64,000 bases of DNA, taken from contig JBBIRS010000001.1 of assembly GCA_037441675.1 (NCBI GenBank), forward strand, positions 96,001 to 160,000. The letters are read 5' to 3'. Below are positions 58,001 to 64,000 of the stretch, one piece after another (position 1 is the stretch's first letter; the number at the start of each line of letters is the position of its first letter). Source of the stretch: Planctomycetales bacterium (GTDB lineage Bacteria; 4484-113). The notes under the pieces were generated by a model. The model was not told the origin of the DNA, did not search any database, and was given only the letters and a program-made list of their open reading frames with translations. A program made the position numbers and the translations under genes.

Positions 58001-59650
58001 TATCTTTCCCCACTGGAAGGGAATTTTGGAGCAAATTTAGTCGTTAGACAGAGAAAAACTGGTGAAGCCGAGATAGTGGGAAGTTTCCAGAGCGCTGGAG
58101 AGCGGGTTAAACTTGCAGGAGTTGAATTTGACAGAATCGAGGGGAGACTGCGTTACTTTAACGGCGTCATTGAAGCTGATAACATTGCCTTAAGGATGGG
58201 TTCTTCTAACCTAAAGGCTAGTGGGTCAATTCCAATTGTCAAGGGTAGCAGGAATCTTCACTTGAGTATAGAAGCAAGTAAGCTAAGTGCTCAATCTATT
58301 ACCGAAACTCTTCACTATAACAATTTCAAGAGCGATGGTTATGTGTCTTTTAACCTATCAGTAAGTGGAAGCCTAGAACATCCAGAGTTTGCAGGGACAG
58401 CTCTTCTCAATTTGCAGGACGTTCGCATACTTGACTTAATTTCACTTCCACGGTTGGATGGTGATTTTCGGATTGAAGAAAATGAGGTATTTATTGATTC
58501 ACTCAGGGCTTATACTGCCACGCCACCCATAAACGTGAAAGATGAAGGAAGTTTTGCTGAAGTATCAGGGAAGCTTAAACTTGATCCGTCGCAGAGTAGT
58601 ATTGACTCAGCTAACCTCATTATTCAACTTGATGATACGAACTACATCAAAGTCAAGGGTTACATTGATGGCGGTCTTTCGGGTAGATTGCAACTGGTGA
58701 AGCTATCTTCAAAGGATGCCCCCTTGTTACAAGGTGAAGTAACGCTAAAGAAAGGCTCTGAAGCGAGAATACCTTCCTTACCGCTATCCGCAGTGCCAAT
58801 CCTTAATAAGGATGCACTGTTAGACATTTCACTTACCGTTGAGAAATCCAGCCTCCTAAAGTATCCAGCTGGCGCAATGGAGGCAGAGTTCTATGGAGCT
58901 CTCAAGCTTAACGGGTCTCTGTCCTCTCCACTAATCACAGGCGAACTTATCCTGCCATCTGGTTCAATGGTGGTTTATCATCATTTAGTTCGTCTTATTG
59001 AACCAGCGACCATTACATTTTCTCCCGGTGCTGGCTTTATACCCTTTATAACCGGTGTTGCGTCAACGCATATTCCGGGTGTCCTTGCAGAAACAGCGTC
59101 TCCTGTGGTAGATGAGGCAGCTTCCCATTTGCTACCTATGTTTCCCCATGCTGATTCAGACCTTACAATTTTCTTCCACTTCAACAACCTGCTTACAGAG
59201 GAATCTCTAAATGCAGTTCAGCTTTCATCTTCTCCTCCCCTTCCGCAGGAAACCATTCGTTCTTATCTTGTAGGCGAGATGCCGGGGCAGGTCACTAGGA
59301 GCTCGCTTGAAACATTGGTGGAAAAGGAGGCATTGCTCTTTTCTTCAAGCAGATTGTCCAGGTTCCTAGAGGAAACCTTAGAATTCAAAAGATTTGAATT
59401 GAGAGCCTATTCAACGCGGGAGGGTACTCCACTATACCTAAATGTTGAAAAGAATCTAACAAGTGAGTTATCAGCAAGGTATCTGCAGACCTTCTTTACT
59501 ACGCTTGACGAGAGGCAAGAACTTGCTCTCAAATACTTAATTAACAAGAATCCCGCTTATCGCTCATCTCTGGAGGTGTTATTAAGAAGAAGAGCTCAGT
59601 TACAGGAAGAATTTGCTATAAATGCTGAAATTGAACGAAAATTCAAGTGA
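55004..59650 (+). CDS. tamB: TamB/AsmA-like translocation and assembly module protein
   Basis: 1548 aa with N-terminal TM anchor, repetitive beta-taco strands (SGTWSKP, SGSLEHP, NGSLSSP) and LSSSPPLPQETI DUF490-type motif. Confidence 0.75.
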   Translation: MKKKPKIPRFIIILFSFLLILSSVLLYLLWLKVPKILEEKTKALINDFVQKSEIGELKFDSISLRLAFPSSIILRNVELRIPEQNESLLTAKSVRLSLPLVKVLRGKYPINVNLTFEKAKITIHYFGNGKFSISPMIESLLRKKKKVTEVSSIRASSQNLSMIILMDEGSSSDISTAIKNNILPRRASLLKNLDKISKMYHVKWEGGAVSIVDELLTSLSFIKPRKAVNFNLTFSFNHIFQTGMSYVHLRLTSPVKAEFKSTLSFISGKYEINGKVNELIPSDLPLSLPRILEKSMEKTVLSLSGVQISISPKKRKVLFDTLLKDLTIPLGGNNEIKVPTITVVKKAQGYFLKSKLSIVEGIADVSLTWGKTPLLALKFNDFPFSSIAKSIGAFSVASMDGELTLKKTNSQWLSNLNLNLTDLEAETKKVLDILELKGQVSNQLNLRLNGFKQRRRNFSLLVSGNSKAFKYKASFSFTGGEIDLAQSIQLEFPISLSHLHGLTEGEIKISPLRIEGSFKDTRAEFPDFSVLLSKGEVSITSQAFSLSLSEGALILSAPFKDQHILQELLPTRFKLAGGFFGSRKKDSWQFGCNLSGEGKGLKFPIRYRLEAKGEASEIKTNLTFYGFFRDEPLFGVANAIATFAGLKGFSLEGNLGRTEFTAFGDIPIGGSLNLGFNARGVRFNVNNAIVKQIGEATIGGQVSGTWSKPIISAIISIPRVYLREIKSADKEFSLIRNVSLPISWNNNQLTFHEGTFFYNGSLCYFQGIVQGGKSDFSITSPAFSLAPVLKALFVNQTFQWVGNGEFSARIISQNSSTIYKASFSQRTGTWEDVGIKRVNFRISGDNNHLRVSQGEINLDKGGAKISGILYFGSGRESEVTAIFDDFPLFADLRGAIVTPFSDIKGYLSGTIRLANVGGEFLVSGDVSLRDAKLLGTNFDTFKVRFFQERNGVQIDELVLFNNENYLQGYGFWGENPADTLINLEVPLINMAIFSPFVPVYLSPLEGNFGANLVVRQRKTGEAEIVGSFQSAGERVKLAGVEFDRIEGRLRYFNGVIEADNIALRMGSSNLKASGSIPIVKGSRNLHLSIEASKLSAQSITETLHYNNFKSDGYVSFNLSVSGSLEHPEFAGTALLNLQDVRILDLISLPRLDGDFRIEENEVFIDSLRAYTATPPINVKDEGSFAEVSGKLKLDPSQSSIDSANLIIQLDDTNYIKVKGYIDGGLSGRLQLVKLSSKDAPLLQGEVTLKKGSEARIPSLPLSAVPILNKDALLDISLTVEKSSLLKYPAGAMEAEFYGALKLNGSLSSPLITGELILPSGSMVVYHHLVRLIEPATITFSPGAGFIPFITGVASTHIPGVLAETASPVVDEAASHLLPMFPHADSDLTIFFHFNNLLTEESLNAVQLSSSPPLPQETIRSYLVGEMPGQVTRSSLETLVEKEALLFSSSRLSRFLEETLEFKRFELRAYSTREGTPLYLNVEKNLTSELSARYLQTFFTTLDERQELALKYLINKNPAYRSSLEVLLRRRAQLQEEFAINAEIERKFK

Positions 59651-59657
59651 GGATAGG

Positions 59658-60086
59658 ATGGAGACCAAATTCGAATACAGTGATTACTGCTTTGCTTGCG
59701 GTGGCTTAAATCCTCTAGGTTTGCACTTGCAATTCTCTTTTGAAGATGGCAAGTTAAAGACCGAATTTCTTCCCCATCAACAATTTCAAGGCTATCAAGG
59801 ATTGTTGCACGGCGGACTTGTTTGCACGATTCTAGATGAGTTGATGGTTCACTTAGTAACTCGTCTCTTTAGTAAGGTTGTGGTGACTGCTGAGCTTTCA
59901 GTTCGGTTCAAGCGTCCTGTGGAAGTTGGCAGATTACTAATTGCACAAGCAACTTTAATTAAGCATCGGAAGAAGGTTTATCATTGCACGGGAGAGCTCC
60001 TTGAAGCTGAAAACTCTAACCTTATCGCCGAGGGTAAAGCAATGCTGGTAGAACCTGCGTCACATACTGAAGTTAATGTATGCTGA
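59658..60086 (+). CDS. PaaI family (hotdog) thioesterase
   Basis: CFACGGLNPLGLHL; QGYQGLLHGG..ILDELM; TAELSVRFKRP. Confidence 0.88.
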   Translation: METKFEYSDYCFACGGLNPLGLHLQFSFEDGKLKTEFLPHQQFQGYQGLLHGGLVCTILDELMVHLVTRLFSKVVVTAELSVRFKRPVEVGRLLIAQATLIKHRKKVYHCTGELLEAENSNLIAEGKAMLVEPASHTEVNVC

Positions 60087-60702
60087 ACTTTCCTCCTTCT
60101 ATCATATAAAGTTGCTCCAGGTTTCTAATCCCCAAATGATCAAGGTAGCTTAACATTCTGCTGAGAATTCTTGCAGTTGCCAGTGCATCACCGTAGGCTC
60201 TATGCCTATCCCTTACGTCAAAACCTAGAAAAGTTGCGATAGTTCCAAGGTTATAGCCCGGAAGCCAGGGGAAGATTCTTCTTGCGAGTTTTCTCGTGCA
60301 CAAAACACCGTTTCTAATCTGTTTATTCAAGTGCTCATTGCAGGCAAGTCCAAGAAGCTGGGTATCAAAACTTGCATTGTGCGCAACTATGATTGCACCT
60401 TCAAGAAATTCTAATAGTTCAGCTATTATCTCTTTGATGGTAGGTTTACCAGCCACCATCTCATTAGTAATGCCTGTTAATTTAGTTATAAAGGGTGGAA
60501 TTGGCTTTTCGGGGTTAACCAAAGTGTGGTAGTGCTTCTCAATTTGGTTTCCCCGCATTAAGAAGCCAGTAATTTCTATAATCCGCTCGTAAAGTGGATT
60601 TCCACCCGTGGCTTCAATATCAATGACCGCGAAGAGAATATGAAAAAGGGTGCCATCCTCAGTGGATGTACTATTTACGTATGAAGCATTCATTACGGAC
60701 AC
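60073..60702 (-). CDS. DEDDh 3'-5' exonuclease (DnaQ/PolC exonuclease-like)
   Basis: VIDIEATG, LTGIT, AHNASFD, HRAYGDA. Confidence 0.9.
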   Translation of the reverse strand: MSVMNASYVNSTSTEDGTLFHILFAVIDIEATGGNPLYERIIEITGFLMRGNQIEKHYHTLVNPEKPIPPFITKLTGITNEMVAGKPTIKEIIAELLEFLEGAIIVAHNASFDTQLLGLACNEHLNKQIRNGVLCTRKLARRIFPWLPGYNLGTIATFLGFDVRDRHRAYGDALATARILSRMLSYLDHLGIRNLEQLYMIEGGKFSIH

Positions 60703-60750
60703 AGCTTAAAAGTTTACCATAGGTTTAATCTGTAAGTATAATGTTAGATT

Positions 60751-61398
60751 GTGGTAGGAAAAACTTCCCCCATTCTGGAGGCAATAAAGCGGTTGACCAA
60801 TCGCTATAAGAGACATCCGCTAGGCATTGATCGAACTACAGATCCATTCAGGACTTTAGTGTCAACTCTTATGAGTGCTCGCACCAAAGACCCTGTTACC
60901 GTTGAGGCGACTGAAAGGCTTTTTTCTATCATTTCCACTCCTGAGGAACTACTCTCTCTCCCTGAGACGGAATTAGCTAGGCTCATTTATCCCGTTGGGT
61001 TTTATCGGAATAAAGCCAAACAGCTTAAAAAGACTGCGAAAGTTCTAATTGAGAAGTTTAACGGGATAGTTCCAATGACGCTGGAAGAACTCACAGAGCT
61101 TCCAGGTGTTGGAAGGAAGACCGCGAACTTGATACTCTCAGTAACTTTCAACAAGCCCGCTATTTGCGTTGATACCCACGTTCACCGAATTAGTAACCGA
61201 TTGGGTTGGGTGAAAACTAACGACGTAATTGACACTGAAGAGGAACTAATGAAAGTAGTGCCAAAGAAACATTGGTCAACCCTGAATCTAGTTCTTGTAA
61301 ATCTTGGTCAACAGATATGCCATCCAACTTCCCCAAAGTGTAGTGAATGTTTCTTGGCTGATATTTGTCCCAAGATTGGTGTTAAGAGGAGCAGGTAG
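60751..61398 (+). CDS. nth: Endonuclease III
   Basis: HhH LPGVGRKTAN, VDTHVHRISNRLG, [4Fe-4S] CHPTSPKCSECFLADIC. Confidence 0.93.
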   Translation: MVGKTSPILEAIKRLTNRYKRHPLGIDRTTDPFRTLVSTLMSARTKDPVTVEATERLFSIISTPEELLSLPETELARLIYPVGFYRNKAKQLKKTAKVLIEKFNGIVPMTLEELTELPGVGRKTANLILSVTFNKPAICVDTHVHRISNRLGWVKTNDVIDTEEELMKVVPKKHWSTLNLVLVNLGQQICHPTSPKCSECFLADICPKIGVKRSR

Positions 61399-61477
61399 AA
61401 GTATTTCCATTGGTGGTTTAATAATCTCTTTTTGCTAACCGCAATTTATCTTTTCATTCACGAATCTAGTGGTAGTT

Positions 61478-62056
61478 TCATTTTCTCCTTTCCTGTCTTT
61501 GGTCCTTTTGCTCTTCTCTTTTTTCTTCCGCTCTATCCCTCAACTCACCTTTTTCTCTCTTTTCTTCACTTGGGATCACCCTAGGGATAGGCCTTTCCGT
61601 TGGGATCAATTCCACAGGGTAAGTCCCGTATTTTTCAACTTGCTCCGGTGTAGCGTAATAGAGATACCAAATTCTCCCTTCTTTTACCCACTTCACTGGT
61701 TTAGTCTGTGCAAGTGGTAAATCTCCTCTTTTCACAATCCAAGTAACTCCAAAATGACCCGAAATTCTATACATAACATCCTTGAGCTTAACCTCTTCCT
61801 TTCTCCCCAGTGGGCTTTCGCTGATTCTTTTCTGAAATTCTTCAATAATCTCAAAAGCTTCACCCTCCGCCTTTTTACTAACGGAAGGTGGCAGAAAGTC
61901 GCTTAACCTATCCCTTGTGTTCTTGCCAGTGAAAAGGTTGTAAAAAGAGACAGCTCTATTTGGTAGATTAGTGGTAGAACTATCGCAGGAAACTAAGATT
62001 ATCAGTGAAATTCCTAAAACGGAAAATAGAAATAGGATTAATTTTTTAATCCTCAC
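61478..62056 (-). CDS. Hypothetical lipoprotein
   Basis: Signal with lipobox LVSC; WVKEGRIWY (NTF2/DUF4878-like) motif; charged tail. Confidence 0.7.
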   Translation of the reverse strand: MRIKKLILFLFSVLGISLIILVSCDSSTTNLPNRAVSFYNLFTGKNTRDRLSDFLPPSVSKKAEGEAFEIIEEFQKRISESPLGRKEEVKLKDVMYRISGHFGVTWIVKRGDLPLAQTKPVKWVKEGRIWYLYYATPEQVEKYGTYPVELIPTERPIPRVIPSEEKREKGELRDRAEEKREEQKDQRQERRK

Positions 62057-62059
62057 TTC

Positions 62060-63730
62060 TTAAATATTACCACTTACTTTCAGTCCGTATTTCTTAGCGG
62101 TAGCAATTGCTTCCTCATATCCCGCATCTGCGTGGCGCATAATTCCTGTCCAGGGGTCAGAATTTAGCACCTTCTCAATCTTTTTCGCCTGCTCATTGGT
62201 CCCATCTGCGACAACGACCATTCCAGCGTGAAGCGAGTAGCCTATCCCAACACCGCCTCCATGGTGAAAGCTTACCCAACTTGCTCCACATACCGCATTT
62301 AATAGCGCATTGAGCACAGGCCAATCTCCAATAGCATCACTTCCATCCTTCATTCCCTCTGTTTCACGATTTGGACTAGCCACGCTACCCGAATCAAGAT
62401 GGTCTCTTCCTATAACGATAGGCGCTTTGACCTTACCCTTTTTGACTAGCTCGTTGAACAAAAGCCCAGCCTTATCCCTCTCATAATATCCCAACCAGCA
62501 TATCCGTGAAGGTAATCCCTGAAACTTAACTTTCTCTCCCGCCAGCTTAAGCCATCTTTTCAGATGCTCTTTCTCTGGGAAAAGTTCTGCAAGAGCTCTG
62601 TCGCTTTCTTATATATATTGAGGATCACGTCAAAGTGCACCCCATCTAAATGGACCCTCACCACGGCAGAATAGTGGTCTTATATAAGCCTGCACGAAGC
62701 CGGGGAACTTAAATGCATCCTTTAGCCCTCTATTTTCCGCCACCTGCCCACGAATATTGTTCCCGTAGTCAAATACAACAGCTCCGCTATCTTGAAAAGC
62801 AAGCATTGCTTTCACCTGTTTTGCCATGCTATCGTAGGCAAGCTCACGGTACTTTTCCGGTGACGTGTGTCGAAGTTCTAGCGCCTCTTCATAGGGAATA
62901 CCTGCAGGTACATAGCCATTCAGCTCATCATGGGCGCTTGTTTGGTCAGTGACCACATCCGGGATAATCCCCCTTCTCACAAGCTCCGGATGGGTATCTG
63001 CGGCATTAGCAGTTAGTCCAATTGAGAGAGCCTCACCTTTTTCTTTCGCCCTCAAAGCCATTTCCACCGCTTCGTCAAGATTGTCTGCAACCGTATCCAA
63101 ATACCCTGTTTTCAGCCTTCGTTCAACTCTATCCTTATCAACCTCAACGCAAATACCGACACCACCGTTCATAGTTATTGCTAAAGGTTGAGCACCACCC
63201 ATTCCACCAAGACCTGCGGTCAGAACAAGCTTGCCCTTTAGGCTTCCATCAAAATGCTTATTAGCCACAGCGGCTAATGTTTCATACGTTCCTTGCAGGA
63301 TTCCTTGGGTGCCAATATAAATCCAGCTCCCGGCGGTCATCTGGCCAAACATAGTCAAGCCCATTCTCTCGTATTTTCTGAAATTCTCCCAAGTTGCCCA
63401 AGCGGGGACAATAACACTATTCACTATCAAAACTCTTGGCGCCCATTCGCTGGTTGGGAATATGCCCACCGCCTTTCCTGATTGGACCAAAAGGGTTTCG
63501 TCGTTTTCAAGATGCCTTAGCGCTCTTAATATCCCTTCAAAGCATTCCCAATTTCTTGCAGCTTTTCCAGTCCCGCCATAAACAATAAGCTCTTCAGGCT
63601 TTTCAGCAACTTCAGGGCTTAAGTTGTGCTGTATCATTCTATAAGCCGCCTCTTGCACCCACCCCTTGCAGTTAAGTTGATTTCCAGTAGGGGGGGTAAC
63701 CACTCGGTGTTCTGTCTTCATCATAGCCAT
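62060..63730 (-). pseudogene. hutU: Urocanate hydratase with two in-frame stops (62630-62632 TGA, 62609-62611 TAA)
   Basis: [54 protein letters not shown]; both ORF pieces are in the same frame and the intervening text translates to [12 protein letters not shown]. Confidence 0.9.
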
Positions 63731-63764
63731 ATGAATTTCTCAAAAAATAATTTACATATTTTTT

Positions 63765-64000
63765 TTAGCCAACTTCCTCATCTAACTCCGCTTGAACAAG
63801 TCTAATACGATTTCTCTCAACCAAAAGAATCGTAAATTTAACTCCCGCAAAATAAACTACGTCCCCTTTCTTGGGTATTTTGCCGAACTTAGCGTAAAGA
63901 AGCCCGCCAATGGTGTCATACTCATCACTATCTATGTTTACGCCCGTAATTTCGTTAAACTCATCAATAGAAACTATTGCGTTCACTACAAAACTGCCAT
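63765..64000 (-). CDS. C-terminal CorC/HlyC transporter-associated domain of a hemolysin-family (CBS) protein, truncated by the window edge
   Basis: IDEFNE..YDTIGGLL..FGKIPKKGD..FTILLVERNRIRLV. Confidence 0.8.
   Translation of the reverse strand, partial: GSFVVNAIVSIDEFNEITGVNIDSDEYDTIGGLLYAKFGKIPKKGDVVYFAGVKFTILLVERNRIRLVQAELDEEVG

Noticed and set aside
62609..62632. Stop-codon recoding (selenocysteine or alternative genetic code) in hutU
   Set aside because: Both a TGA and a TAA occur among neighbouring missense changes, and other genes in the window end normally at TGA/TAA/TAG.
23..63481. Numerous short ORFs antisense or out-of-frame within long genes
   Set aside because: They are shadows of well-supported CDSs and show no motifs or independent start signals.
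1..64000. CRISPR arrays, IS elements, prophage or defence islands
   Set aside because: No regularly spaced repeats, transposase, integrase or phage genes were seen, and the tRNA has no duplicated 3' att fragment that I could find.

Overview
A gene-dense, mostly core-chromosome segment (about 50 CDS and one tRNA) from a bacterium that appears to be a diderm (outer-membrane) member of the Terrabacteria. That placement is inferred from an SLH-anchored porin, an MlaEFD-TamB cluster and Firmicutes-like gmk-rpoZ-coaBC-priA synteny. Housekeeping genes include hisS, ffh, secG, alr, coaBC, rpoZ, gmk, ruvB, def, dnaE, gyrA, aroQ, nth and hutU. Envelope and surface genes include two tandem large type IV pilin-like proteins, a PLD-fold plus NHL lipoprotein pair, a MoxR-DUF58-transglutaminase operon with a dockerin-like/beta-propeller lipoprotein, and an SLT. 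I found no mobile element, CRISPR array or rRNA. The most notable observation is a tRNA-His(GUG) that lacks the near-universal genomic G-1:C73 identity pair (it has T-1, G1·U72 and A73) and lies directly upstream of a divergent, eukaryote/alphaproteobacterial-like HisRS, suggesting a co-evolved and possibly orthogonal tRNA/synthetase module. Also notable are a hairpin displaying a perfect Shine-Dalgarno with a 38-codon uORF before the major porin, a PLD lipoprotein with both HKD motifs altered, a PriA lacking helicase motifs and split at a T9 run, probable leaderless genes, and a hutU with a cluster of substitutions that is probably an assembly artefact. All product calls come from motif recognition by eye; no searches were run.
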